Of a DNA stretch of 50,349 nt, positions 21,110-31,077 are shown piece after piece. A model generated the notes under the pieces. That model had not been told where the DNA came from and did no database searches. It saw only the letters and a program-made list of their open reading frames with translations. Each line of letters opens with the position of its first letter. Positions within the stretch are counted from its first letter, which is position 1. A program made the translations under genes and the position numbers. This DNA comes from Cyanophyceae cyanobacterium (lineage in GTDB: Bacteria > Cyanobacteriota > Cyanobacteriia > Cyanobacteriales > JBHJGN01): positions 1 through 50,349 of the forward strand of contig JBHJGN010000005.1 in the NCBI GenBank assembly GCA_050331735.1. The letters are read 5' to 3'.

Positions 21110-21751
21110 ATGCAAACCAGCGAGCAGTTAAATCAGGTCAATCAAGCTAACGGCCAGCCATTACCACGCATGGCGTCGGTGCAGCGTACCACCGGGGAAA
21201 CAGATGTACAGGTGACGTTAAACCTAGACGGGTCTGGGCAGTGTCGGGCCGACACGGGAGTGCCTTTTCTCGATCATATGCTGCATCAGCTCGCCTCCCA
21301 CGGACTGATTGACCTAGAGGTGAAGGCAACGGGCGACCTGGAAATTGATGACCATCATACCAATGAAGATGTCGGCATTACTTTAGGTCAAGCCCTAGCC
21401 CAGGCACTCGGCGATCGCAAAGGGATCCTGCGCTTTGGTCATTTCCTCGCACCTTTAGATGAAGCGCTGATTCAGGTCTGTCTCGATTTTTCGGGGCGGC
21501 CTCATCTAAGCTACGGACTACAAATTCCCACTCAAAGAGTCGGCACCTACGACACTCAGCTAGTGCGAGAATTTTTCGTTGCCGTTGTCAATCACTCTCA
21601 GATGACTTTACATATTCGTCAGCTAGACGGCATTAATTCTCATCACATTGTTGAAGCCACCTTTAAAGCCTTTGCGCGAGCCGTCCGCATGGCTGTGGAA
21701 ATCGATCCGCGTCGGGCGGCTACCATTCCTAGCTCCAAAGGAGTTCTGTAG
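21110..21751 (+). CDS. hisB: Imidazoleglycerol-phosphate dehydratase
   Basis: [36 protein letters not shown]. Confidence 0.97.
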   Translation: MQTSEQLNQVNQANGQPLPRMASVQRTTGETDVQVTLNLDGSGQCRADTGVPFLDHMLHQLASHGLIDLEVKATGDLEIDDHHTNEDVGITLGQALAQALGDRKGILRFGHFLAPLDEALIQVCLDFSGRPHLSYGLQIPTQRVGTYDTQLVREFFVAVVNHSQMTLHIRQLDGINSHHIVEATFKAFARAVRMAVEIDPRRAATIPSSKGVL

Positions 21752-21855
21752 GAGAGGATGCTGTGGTCAGTTAAGAGGGTTTGGTCCCCTGGATTTTGTC
21801 TTAATGCTATGATTTTATGAGAGATAGTGAAGTTTTGTAACAAGCCTTAGCAGCA

Positions 21856-22449
21856 TTGAAACCTAATCAACGTATTCCACTGCCGACCAAATGGCACTCC
21901 CTTGCTCTAGAGTGGGAAGGGGGAGAAAAAACGGTTCAGCAAGGATTACCCCATTCTCAGCTAGCCCCGACTTGGCAAATTCTCCTGCTTGGAGACGGCT
22001 CACCTACACGCCATTTACGTCTGCTGACAGGGGAACCAACAGAAGTAGACGTGATTGATATGTCCCCCATCGGTATGGATGATGATGGCGCACCTAGCCA
22101 GATCGCTACTGTCCCAGGACCGAGGTTGAGAAGACAGGTGTGGCTGCGAACCGCTTCCGGCCAACGTCTTGCCTACGCAGCATCCTGGTGGAATGCGAAT
22201 CATGTTGATGAGTATTTACAGAATCGCTCCTTACCCATCTGGGAAAGCCTTTCTCGCCTCCATACCGAGCTATACCGGGATATTCAGGGGATCTACTACG
22301 GTCGTAATGAGGCTCTAGAAGGCGCGTTTGGAGAGAAAGGACCGTTTTGGGGTCGCCACTACCTTTTCTGGCACGACAGGCAGCCTCTAACGCTAATCTA
22401 CGAAGTTTTTTCTCCTTATTTGAGAAAGTATTTAGGGGAAATGGCTTAG
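21856..22449 (+). CDS. Chorismate pyruvate-lyase (DUF98/Ycf21 family)
   Basis: LLGDGSPTRHL, RRQVWL, AYAASWW, LTLIYEVFSP. Confidence 0.88.
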   Translation: MKPNQRIPLPTKWHSLALEWEGGEKTVQQGLPHSQLAPTWQILLLGDGSPTRHLRLLTGEPTEVDVIDMSPIGMDDDGAPSQIATVPGPRLRRQVWLRTASGQRLAYAASWWNANHVDEYLQNRSLPIWESLSRLHTELYRDIQGIYYGRNEALEGAFGEKGPFWGRHYLFWHDRQPLTLIYEVFSPYLRKYLGEMA

Positions 22450-22550
22450 GCCTGTTCAGCAGTTAGTTTTCCCTAGACCCAGGCGCTAAAAAGACGGAAG
22501 GATGAATCAAAACTGTCGTGTCTCGTTTCTCCTTCCGTTTCAGATGCTTT

Positions 22551-22841
22551 TCAAAAAATTAATCCACGCGGTGGTGGAACAGGCGATACCGGAGAGTCAG
22601 CATCGCCAAAAAGCGGCTGGTCTCCTGGAGAAAATAAACCGGACTCGTAATCAACTCTCTCTTGACCAGCTTCCGGTCTAAAAAAGAAGTATTCTATCTC
22701 CTCCTCAATTGGTGTCGCCACTACCTCATCGTCTGGTTGCTGAGGATTAAGTAGCTCGTCTTGAGGAGGCAATTGCTCTTCTCGATCTACCGGAAAAAAT
22801 GACTCTGTAAAAAGAGAGTTAGGAACTTGAAACTCTGACAT
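22551..22841 (-). CDS. Acidic Pro-rich hypothetical protein
   Basis: 96 aa; AGGAG upstream of the ATG; divergent from the double-glycine precursor. Confidence 0.6.
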   Translation of the reverse strand: MSEFQVPNSLFTESFFPVDREEQLPPQDELLNPQQPDDEVVATPIEEEIEYFFFRPEAGQERVDYESGLFSPGDQPLFGDADSPVSPVPPPRGLIF

Positions 22842-23219
22842 GGTTGAAATTCTCCTAATAATTGAATCTTAGCTATATCGTACCAATCGAATTAATACCG
22901 CAGGCGAAGTTTTGAAAACATAAATGGCTGATTTATGTCTGAGGAGATTGGGGCTTCACTTAAGCAATTACGGAATATAACTATAGAAGACCTGTAAATT
23001 TAACGCCAGAAAAACAAAAGTTTTTCTCTATAATATATTGTCGCTTACTCGGTATTTAACAAAAGACTTTACTAAAGCAGTTAGGTCCATTTAAAGACTT
23101 TCAAGAGCTTGATTTCTTTGAAGAATTCCCTAACAATGAGTAACTGAAAGACAGGTAAGTAAATTTTTATTTGCTTAACTTGCTCAATCAACAACAATTA
23201 TTTTTGGAGAAAAGCAACA

Positions 23220-23525
23220 ATGGCTAAAATTGCAATCAACGAACTCAACGCTAGCTTTATTAGCGAAGTCAGAGAAAGCGAAGTTAATCGTGTTTATGGC
23301 GGTAGTCTTCTAGATGACTTCGTTGGAGTACCTAACCCAGCAACCTCTATTGTGTATACTCCCATTGGAGGAACTCAAGCTAACGTTACCACTGCATTAA
23401 ACAATGCTATTGGTTACGCTGGATTAAATGGTTTCGTTAGCGAAGTGCTTCATGGCGGTAGCTACTCCTTCGTTGCTACCCAACCGACCTTCATTCCATT
23501 CGAGCAGTTGCCCGCTGGTGCATAA
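23220..23525 (+). CDS. Double-glycine-leader secreted peptide precursor
   Basis: Leader MAKIAINELNASFISEVRESEVNRVYGG; GGAG RBS; own terminator; C39 transporter 4 kb away. Confidence 0.85.
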   Translation: MAKIAINELNASFISEVRESEVNRVYGGSLLDDFVGVPNPATSIVYTPIGGTQANVTTALNNAIGYAGLNGFVSEVLHGGSYSFVATQPTFIPFEQLPAGA

Positions 23526-23547
23526 CATTTGCTTGAATAGATAAGCT

Positions 23548-23596
23548 AGATTTTTAGAGGGACAATATAAATCCCTCTAAAAATCTTTGTTTTTTT
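23548..23596 (+). terminator. Intrinsic terminator after the precursor gene
   Basis: Perfect 15-bp stem AGATTTTTAGAGGGA / TCCCTCTAAAAATCT with a 9-nt loop, then a T tract. Confidence 0.85.
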
Positions 23597-23743
23597 GGTT
23601 TTTCTGGTTCAGAGATTGATCGCCTAAATTAAACTGGCTTGCCATAAAGCAGAAACAATAGCACCAGCATAAAACACCCTATTATCAACAATGAGCAATC
23701 AACAAAAACTAGAATTGAGGACCGTCCCTCATTAAAGTGATAA

Positions 23744-24772
23744 TTGCTATATATGTTATTACTCAGAACCAGAAAATTGACGCAGAGCTTTCTGTTATTG
23801 GGGTTAATAACTGGAAGTTTTACAAGTACTATTGTTCCTAGTTATGCGGTTACTTTCGCCAAAGCACAAGGCTCCCTGCACTTCACGAACTTTAGCCACT
23901 TCCCTGACGATATTTCCAGCTTTCGATCAGCTTTCGCCTATGTAGCTACCGAACAAGGATTATCAGTAGCGATGACGGAGCCACAATTTGTGACGGGAAC
24001 TCCTTTGTTACTGAATCCTCTTGCGACAAGATTTCCTGTCATTGACAGGCCTCTGCCTGGAGGTGGAGCAGCGATCGCTCCTTTAAACTTTGACCCAGTG
24101 ACTGGTTCGGTAGCAGGGAGTGCCAGGGTGACGTTTGCTGAGTCGCAGGCAGAATTGCTGGCGGTTAACCTCGGCTCAGAAAGTCAGCTTTCCGGCGGGG
24201 ATGCCCATCTGGTTGCCACCGTTGGTCAGTCTGGTTTCAGCAGCAGCTTCCTGATTGGAGCGAACGAAACCTTTTCTGTCGATTGGCAATCGGCTTTAGA
24301 CTTGGCAGCCTCAACGAGCAATCTCCCCTCGGAAGCAGTAGAGGTTCAAGAGCGCCATGTTGCGTACTTTTCCGCGAGACCAGCGGATCTGGAGCTTAAC
24401 GACGCGGTGTTGATGTTCTCGCTCTTTCCCCAGACTCGTCTATCCGCCAGCGATCCACGGATTGACGTGGGAGTACTGGAAATAGTTGGGAACTCGACAG
24501 CAGAAGAGAGCTCGCACCGGATTACTGACAACGGCAGTTCGCCAGATTCTGAATTCCAGATTGAAGAGCATCAAGCTCGGTCCGCGAGCGGTTCATTGAC
24601 GTATGCTGCTGACGACCCCACAATTTTGACCGTCACCGCCTATACCTCAAGCGCCGCTTATACAGCGGCAAATCCGGAAAAGCCCGTGAGCGTCTCGGAA
24701 CCGACAGGTCCAGTGTCTCTCCTCATTGCCATCGGCATCGGGCTATTGAGCCGAAAGGGAGAGCGCTCGTAA
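23744..24772 (+). CDS. PEP-CTERM-like exported protein (VSEP variant)
   Basis: N-terminal signal peptide (…SYA|VTF), Ser/Ala-rich body, C-terminal VSEPT + hydrophobic stretch + RK. Confidence 0.7.
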   Translation: MLYMLLLRTRKLTQSFLLLGLITGSFTSTIVPSYAVTFAKAQGSLHFTNFSHFPDDISSFRSAFAYVATEQGLSVAMTEPQFVTGTPLLLNPLATRFPVIDRPLPGGGAAIAPLNFDPVTGSVAGSARVTFAESQAELLAVNLGSESQLSGGDAHLVATVGQSGFSSSFLIGANETFSVDWQSALDLAASTSNLPSEAVEVQERHVAYFSARPADLELNDAVLMFSLFPQTRLSASDPRIDVGVLEIVGNSTAEESSHRITDNGSSPDSEFQIEEHQARSASGSLTYAADDPTILTVTAYTSSAAYTAANPEKPVSVSEPTGPVSLLIAIGIGLLSRKGERS

Positions 24773-24898
24773 GACCATGTCGCAACAAAAATACGACACG
24801 GATAAAGAGGGCGCTGAAACCTTTACCTGTTAACCCTTTCTCTGAATTTGTCCCTTGACTTCTCAGCATTACGATCGGGCTTCCTCCCCCTAGTCTGC

Positions 24899-25693
24899 CT
24901 AGGCACCGAAGTTCAAATTTGGTTTGCTGCGTTCGGTTTGGCTTGCTTCCTCGCCGGTATCAAGATTGCTGACGATGTTGGCTTTTTTCAGTTTTTGCTG
25001 CATCCATCCGGTAAACAAATCTGCCAAAATTTTTTGTCGCAGCCTCTCATCCAACTGGGGTTGCAGAATTTCTTCTACTAAAATGAGATGCACCCCGTTA
25101 GAAGTGACAATCGGTTCTAGAATCTGTGGAGGAGTAGCGGCAAACACCGCAGCCGAGATTTGTGGTTCTAGCTGACGGCGGCTGAGGATGCCGCGATATC
25201 CTCCCGCTCGGCGAAGGGAAACGTCTTGAATATACTGGCGAGCCACTTCATGAAAACTAATCTCGCCTTCGCTGAGAGTATAAAAAAGCTCCATTGCTAA
25301 ATCTTCGTCCTCTAAAACAACTTCGTAAATCACCGCTCCGGCATAGTCAAGCTGGTTGTTGACAAAAAAAGGGTCCACTCGCTCGGCAAACAAATGGGTG
25401 GCTAACTTAGCAGACAAAACATTGTACTGAGCGATCGCTTCAAATTCCTCTAGAGAAAGGCCATACTTGTCTAGCCATTGCCAGGTATCGCTGGCGCTAT
25501 GGAGATTGTTCACTAAGCGAATGCTGTCAGCCGCTTGCTGTAATTCTTCCGCTTCAACCCTAATCCCGGCCTCTGCTGCTGCCTTGGTAATAATCTGACG
25601 TGTAGCGATGCTCTCAATGACTGAAGGCAGTTGATAGGAAAGCTTAATTTGGCGAAGAATATCTTGAGCAGAAATAGAAATAGTATCTGTCAT
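24899..25693 (-). CDS. Parvulin/PpiC-type peptidyl-prolyl isomerase associated with peptide export
   Basis: EELQQAAD, SFHEVARQY, GGYRG, GVHLILVEE; downstream of hlyD. Confidence 0.85.
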   Translation of the reverse strand: MTDTISISAQDILRQIKLSYQLPSVIESIATRQIITKAAAEAGIRVEAEELQQAADSIRLVNNLHSASDTWQWLDKYGLSLEEFEAIAQYNVLSAKLATHLFAERVDPFFVNNQLDYAGAVIYEVVLEDEDLAMELFYTLSEGEISFHEVARQYIQDVSLRRAGGYRGILSRRQLEPQISAAVFAATPPQILEPIVTSNGVHLILVEEILQPQLDERLRQKILADLFTGWMQQKLKKANIVSNLDTGEEASQTERSKPNLNFGA

Positions 25694-25819
25694 GAGAAAT
25701 GTTTCAGTCAGCCAGAAGTTCTACAGACACTCTACATTAATTTAGGAGCATGCCTGTCCTCCATTATCTTGTTTGGAAAATCAATTGCCTAGAAACGTTC
25801 GGTCACAAGCAAGACCAAC

Positions 25820-25848
25820 AAAAGTCCCACGGTCTCAATCCGTGGGAC
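25820..25848 (-). terminator. Hairpin/terminator between hlyD and the PPIase gene
   Basis: GTCCCACGG / CCGTGGGAC 9-bp stem followed by TTTT on the minus strand. Confidence 0.6.
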
Positions 25849-25883
25849 GATCTGAACTAGCGATCGCTGGCAGTTTCTGCTTC

Positions 25884-27434
25884 CTAAAGCTCTAAACCGC
25901 CTTTTTGCAACTTTCTAAACGGCTCGAGCACAAAGTCAATCACGCGGCGCTGCCGAATGACCACTTCCGCTGTTGCCGACTGACCCGGAGTGAGCACAAT
26001 GCCATCCAGAGAAGAGTGCGGTTCGATGGGAGCGAGCGTCACTTCTATATCGTAGGTTTCCACGTTGCCTTGACTGGTTTCCTGCCCCTGAGAATCTGGC
26101 GAAATCCAGCTCAAGTGACCCGCAACCACTCCGTAATCCTGGAAAGGATAGGCATCAAACTTCACCTTGACCGGCAGCCCAACCCGCAGAAAGCCACTTT
26201 CGGGGCTGGGGATTTTGGCTTTGAGGATCAAGGGAGTCTCTTCCGGGGCAATCTGAGCCACTAATTCACCGGGCTGGACGACTTCCCCCGCCTCGGCAAG
26301 GGGCAACTGAAAAATGGTGCCGTCGATGGGAGCGCGGATAGCTCGCTGCTGTAGCTGAAATTCTAATGAGGTAATCTGGCTCTCGCTGGCGGCAATTTCG
26401 GCTGTTAGAGTCGCTATCTCGGTGATGACGTTTTTAAGCTGCTCTTCGCTGTTGAGCACAGCCAGTTGTCCGGAATGGTTAAGGCTTTGATAGCTGCGCT
26501 GCTGCTCTTGGAGACGGAGCTGCGCCTGTTGGATTTCAGACTCTAGTTCTTGAATCATATTGTCGTAGCTGCTTTGCTGTTCTCTCAAGCGAGACTCCGC
26601 CTGGACAATTTCCGAATCAGCTTTAACTAGATTGATCTGACTTTCCTGGTGAGCCTGTTCAACTTCCAGGAAGCGCTCTTGGGAAATGGCTCCCTGCAAA
26701 AACACTTGTCGGTAGCGGGGCACTTTTTCGTGAGCAGTTTTTAGCTGAATTTGGGCCAACTCCCGATCAGCGTGGCTCGCTGCGATCGCCTGCTGCGCCT
26801 GTTCTACCTGAGCCTGTTTTTCGGTTTTCTTGACGGTGAAGGCCGCTTGCAGAGCTTCAAGGTGCTGCTGGGCTTGCGCGACTTGGGCTTGTTTTTCTAG
26901 AGCTTGGGCCTGGTTGTGCTGTTTTTGGGTCCGAACGGCCAGGAGCCATTGGTTTTTGAGCAGTTCTAATTGGGCGAGTCGATTGACGAGTCCCGCCAGT
27001 TTTTGTTGGACCTGCTGAAGTTCAGCCTCGACCAGCTCTGATTCCAGCTCCACCAGGACTTGACCCGCTTCAATCGTCTGGCCCTCTTCGACCGCCAGGG
27101 CGGCCACTGTTCCGGTGACGGGCGCATCCAGTTCAATGGTCTTTCCTTTTGGCTCTAGCCTGCCCCGGGCGCTTCCGGTTTCGTCCACCTTCGCCACTAG
27201 TGACCAGGGAAGGAGGATTCCGGTAAACACCATTAATAAATAGAGCAAGCCTTTTGTCCAGACCCGAGGCAGAGTGTCGAGGAGTTCATTGGTCGTGCTC
27301 GACCAGTCATCGTCAGTGGCGGATGTCCCGGGAGCTGATGGCAATGGTTGATGCTTCGGGTCGTGCTGACGTTCGTCGAAGCGGAAATGGAGCAGATTTT
27401 CCGGTATCAAATCGGAATGAGAGGTATTTGTCAT
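25884..27434 (-). CDS. HlyD-family type I secretion periplasmic adaptor
   Basis: TM helix, ARGRLEPKG, long coiled coil, IRAPIDG, KFDAYPFQDYG. Confidence 0.93.
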   Translation of the reverse strand: MTNTSHSDLIPENLLHFRFDERQHDPKHQPLPSAPGTSATDDDWSSTTNELLDTLPRVWTKGLLYLLMVFTGILLPWSLVAKVDETGSARGRLEPKGKTIELDAPVTGTVAALAVEEGQTIEAGQVLVELESELVEAELQQVQQKLAGLVNRLAQLELLKNQWLLAVRTQKQHNQAQALEKQAQVAQAQQHLEALQAAFTVKKTEKQAQVEQAQQAIAASHADRELAQIQLKTAHEKVPRYRQVFLQGAISQERFLEVEQAHQESQINLVKADSEIVQAESRLREQQSSYDNMIQELESEIQQAQLRLQEQQRSYQSLNHSGQLAVLNSEEQLKNVITEIATLTAEIAASESQITSLEFQLQQRAIRAPIDGTIFQLPLAEAGEVVQPGELVAQIAPEETPLILKAKIPSPESGFLRVGLPVKVKFDAYPFQDYGVVAGHLSWISPDSQGQETSQGNVETYDIEVTLAPIEPHSSLDGIVLTPGQSATAEVVIRQRRVIDFVLEPFRKLQKGGLEL

Positions 27435-27462
27435 CGTTCTCTACCCAGTCGTCGTGTTTGGT

Positions 27463-30400
27463 TTAGCTAACCCCAGCTAGCTGTTGCTGGTTGAGGTAGA
27501 AATAGTAGCCGCGATTGGCTACCAGTTCTTCGTGGGTGCCGCTTTCGATCAGCACCCCGCGGTCAAGGACAAGAATTAGATCGGCATTGCGGACCGTGGA
27601 AAGGCGGTGAGCGATCAAGATGGTGGTGCGCTCTCGGAGAATCGTGTCTAAGTTGGTTTGAATGATGCGCTCTGATTCCGCGTCGAGATGACTGGTCGCC
27701 TCGTCAAAAATCAGTAACGGGGGGTTGCCCAACAGGGCGCGGGCGATCGCCAGCCGCTGTCTTTGTCCGCCAGAGAGCAAGCCGCCTCCCTCTCCAATCT
27801 GGGTTTCGTAGCCCATCGGGAGGTGCTGAATAAACTCGTGCGCTCCTGCCTGACGTGCCGCCGCGATGATGTCTGCCAGAGGAGCCTCTGGATGGCCGAG
27901 ACTGATATTGTCCCGAATGGTGTCGCCAAAGAGAAAAGTATCTTGATCGACGACCCCAATCTGTTGCCGGAGCGATCGCAGCGAGAGACTCGTCACATCT
28001 TGACCGTCGATAGTGACCTGGCCCTCGGTGGGCGGATACAGTCCTAAAATCAGCTTGGCGATGGTCGTTTTTCCCGAACCACTGCGTCCCACAATGGCCA
28101 CCGTTTGTCCCGGCTCCACCGCAAAACTAACGTTTTCCAGGACGTTGGCTTCGCTTTCGGGGTGATAGCGGAAGGTGACTTGCTCAAAGCAAACGCGACC
28201 ACGAAGCCTCGGTAAACACTGCCGAGGGGCGGTTAGGTCTTCTTCTGGCTCGCTATCTAGGATATCGTTAAGTCGCTCGACGGCGATCACCACTTCCTGC
28301 CATTCGTGCCACAGTCCGGCTAGCTCCTGAAATGGAGCGATCACGTTGCCCAGCAGCATGTTGAACGCCACCAACTGCCCGATGGTTAGCTGATCGTGAA
28401 TCACGAGCCAGGCACCGTACCACAGCAGGGCGGTGGTGGCTACTGTATGAATCGTCGAGCTAATTATCTGGAGCTGGTTGCCAATCACCTGTCCAGAAAA
28501 CCGCTTTTTCACAGACTGGTTGAGGAGGCTCTCCCAGTGCCAGCGCACGATCTGCTCGACCGCCATTGACTTGACGGTACGGATGCCGGTGAGCGCCTGG
28601 ATCAGATAGCTGTGCTCGACAGCGAGGGCATTAAAAATCTCCCGCGAAATTCGTTTTAAAAATGGCGTAGCCGTCAAAGTCAGCACGACAAAGGGCGGCA
28701 CGATCGCCAGGACGAGCAGGGTTAGCTGCCAGCTATACCAGAACATCAGCCCCACGTAGACAAACACGGTCAAGATATCGAGAACCACAGAGAGGGCACT
28801 GCCGGTGAGGAAGCGCTGTAGCTTGGTGTTTTCCTGGACGCGAGCCATGATGTCGCCGACGTAGCGAGACTCGAAGAAACGGAGAGGCAGCCGCAGGGTA
28901 TGACGAATAAAGCCGACGATCAGCGCCAGATCGATTTTGTTGGCGGTATGGTCGAGCAGATACCGCCGCAGCCCGGACATGGCCACTCGGAACAGGCCAA
29001 AGAGCAGGAGGCCCATCCCGACAGCCATGAGGGTGATGCTGCTGCGCTGCACAACCACCTTGTCCAGCAGCAACTGAGTCAGGATCGGGGTAATCAGTCC
29101 GAAGAGCTGGATAAACAGAGAGGCAATAAACACTTCGGCTAGCACAAACCAGTGGGGTTTAGCCAGCTCAAAAAACTGCCAGAACGGGGGCGCTGTCTCT
29201 TGGACTTCGGTGAAGAGGGCCGTTGGCTGAAGCAGCAAAGCATAGCCCGTCCAGCCCGCTTTAAAGGCTGGCAGGCTCAGCGTCCGCTGACCAATGGCGG
29301 GATCGCCAACGATCGCCCGTCGGCGACCGATGCGATAAACCACGACGTAGTGGTTGCCCTGCCAGTGAGCGATCGCCGGAAGCTGTTGCTGGGCGAGCCT
29401 GTCGAGGCTGGCTTTAACGGGTCGGGTAGCGAAGCCGAGGCTTTCGGCGGCGGCGGTCAGACCGCGCAGAGAAGCGCCGCTGCGGTTAACGTTGGTCATG
29501 TCCCGCAGGCGGTTGACGCTAAACTGCTTGCCCCAATAGCGCCCAATCATCACCAGGCAAGCGGCTCCGCAGTCGGCGGGCCCCTGCTGCTGAAAAAAGG
29601 GATAGCGTCGCGTGAGGCGTCGCCACAGATCCGCCTGCCGGGGACGAGGAAAGGTAGCCCGACGTATCTGCGGCGGTCGATGAGTGGCTACTGGGGTTTG
29701 GGGAGACCCGGTTTCCTCTGGCTCCTGAACTGGTTGCCTCTGCTGGATGAGTTCTGCAAGCTGAGGCACTCGAGCGAGGGCTTCCCCCCACTGCGTCTGA
29801 CTGAGGCTATAGAGCTCGCTGGCCTGAGTCACTTGCCAGCTAGTCTTCTCCTCCTGAGTGGGAACGTAGAGACTTCCCTCAATCAGCCTTTTACCTGAAG
29901 TGTGCTGGAGTTCTCCAGAGCGAATCAGCCAGAAGCAGCGATCGCCTAGAGACTCTGGCAGCTTTCCTCGGTTGAGCTGATGCTGCTCTAGGAGAGCGAG
30001 CGCTGACGTCATTTTGTCTAAGTCAGTATTGCTGAAAGGACGATGCCGATAGCAGAGGAGGGCGAGATCCCGGAGGGTAGCCTGACGGTGGAGATGGGTG
30101 GCGATGGTGGGGGATTTGCTGATCAATGTTTGCAATAGTTCGCTCGGTAGGTAGACGAGGGTTAGCTTCAATGAAGCTCTTACCGAGTAGCTGGCAAAGC
30201 ACTCTTCGGGAAAGAGCGTCATTTCACCAAACGTCTCGTCTGGCCCGAGACTAGCCAGCAGGCGATCGCCCTCGTCGAGGAGTCTGACTTTACCGCTGAG
30301 GATGAGATAGAGGCCCCGCTCTGGACTGGAGGAACGCCAGAACTGTTTGCCAGCAGGAGGCTCTAGGAAACGCATGTTTTTGAGGCAGCGGTCAAAATCC

Positions 30401-30471
30401 CGCGGGGACAGGGGGTGTCCGAGGACGCGAGCGAGCTGTTGTTCTGTGATGGTAGCTGATGAAAAAACCAT
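27463..30471 (-). CDS. Peptidase C39-containing ABC transporter (PCAT/HlyB) with N-terminal cNMP-binding domain
   Basis: cNMP-like LYLILSGKVRL...FGE; C39 triad QQGPADCG / NHY / GDP; TM domain; GRSGSGKT, LSGGQRQR, DEATS. ATG at 30471 (track uses TTG 30480). Confidence 0.95.
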   Translation of the reverse strand: MVFSSATITEQQLARVLGHPLSPRDFDRCLKNMRFLEPPAGKQFWRSSSPERGLYLILSGKVRLLDEGDRLLASLGPDETFGEMTLFPEECFASYSVRASLKLTLVYLPSELLQTLISKSPTIATHLHRQATLRDLALLCYRHRPFSNTDLDKMTSALALLEQHQLNRGKLPESLGDRCFWLIRSGELQHTSGKRLIEGSLYVPTQEEKTSWQVTQASELYSLSQTQWGEALARVPQLAELIQQRQPVQEPEETGSPQTPVATHRPPQIRRATFPRPRQADLWRRLTRRYPFFQQQGPADCGAACLVMIGRYWGKQFSVNRLRDMTNVNRSGASLRGLTAAAESLGFATRPVKASLDRLAQQQLPAIAHWQGNHYVVVYRIGRRRAIVGDPAIGQRTLSLPAFKAGWTGYALLLQPTALFTEVQETAPPFWQFFELAKPHWFVLAEVFIASLFIQLFGLITPILTQLLLDKVVVQRSSITLMAVGMGLLLFGLFRVAMSGLRRYLLDHTANKIDLALIVGFIRHTLRLPLRFFESRYVGDIMARVQENTKLQRFLTGSALSVVLDILTVFVYVGLMFWYSWQLTLLVLAIVPPFVVLTLTATPFLKRISREIFNALAVEHSYLIQALTGIRTVKSMAVEQIVRWHWESLLNQSVKKRFSGQVIGNQLQIISSTIHTVATTALLWYGAWLVIHDQLTIGQLVAFNMLLGNVIAPFQELAGLWHEWQEVVIAVERLNDILDSEPEEDLTAPRQCLPRLRGRVCFEQVTFRYHPESEANVLENVSFAVEPGQTVAIVGRSGSGKTTIAKLILGLYPPTEGQVTIDGQDVTSLSLRSLRQQIGVVDQDTFLFGDTIRDNISLGHPEAPLADIIAAARQAGAHEFIQHLPMGYETQIGEGGGLLSGGQRQRLAIARALLGNPPLLIFDEATSHLDAESERIIQTNLDTILRERTTILIAHRLSTVRNADLILVLDRGVLIESGTHEELVANRGYYFYLNQQQLAGVS

Positions 30472-30483
30472 GAGTCTCAAACG

Positions 30484-31077
30484 CTAAAATTTCGGGGTTG
30501 GCAGTAGCTCGAAGTCGGGAAGTTGAGGGGAAGAGGAGGACGATAAGTTGCGAATGATAATCTGAGAGTGCTGCGGTGGACCCGATTCAGGGTTCTCAGC
30601 CGGTTGCGGCTTGGTCGAAAGTCCCATCTGTTTGAGCAGGCGATTAATATGGCGATCGCTGATTTGGACCTGAAATTCTTTGGCCAGATGCTTGCTTAAC
30701 CACTGGGCGGTCCAGTTCTGAAACGGATAGTCATAGTCGCGGGGACTGTGGCTCACTAATTCTTTTAATCGCGCCAGATATTGTTTATTGACGGTTTTTG
30801 GCCGCCCAATCGGAGATTCTTGCCAATGGTGAGCCTGGCCTGTTTGCGCCATCATCATCCAGTGACGGGCTGTATCCTGAGAACAGCCTAATTGGTCACA
30901 GATTTGCGCTTGCGTGAGTCCCCTGTCTGCTAGGAGCATAATCTCGATCCGCCGACGATATTCCGGTCGTAACTGAGATTGCAAATTTTTTAGAAGAAGC
31001 TTTTTTTGAAACGGAGTTAATAACTGTCCGACCCTCAGATCATTTTCAGACGAAGGTTGGCAATGTTGTTTATTCAT
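30484..31077 (-). CDS. Helix-turn-helix protein related to IS630 transposase N-terminal domains, without DDE domain
   Basis: RRIEIMLLAD, QICDQLGCS, GRP, SPRDYDY, WTAQWLSKHL, INRLLKQMG; first gene of the PCAT operon. Confidence 0.8.
   Translation of the reverse strand: MNKQHCQPSSENDLRVGQLLTPFQKKLLLKNLQSQLRPEYRRRIEIMLLADRGLTQAQICDQLGCSQDTARHWMMMAQTGQAHHWQESPIGRPKTVNKQYLARLKELVSHSPRDYDYPFQNWTAQWLSKHLAKEFQVQISDRHINRLLKQMGLSTKPQPAENPESGPPQHSQIIIRNLSSSSSPQLPDFELLPTPKF

Noticed and set aside
30484..31077. Active IS630 transposon
   Set aside because: No DDE catalytic domain, and the next gene is the PCAT.
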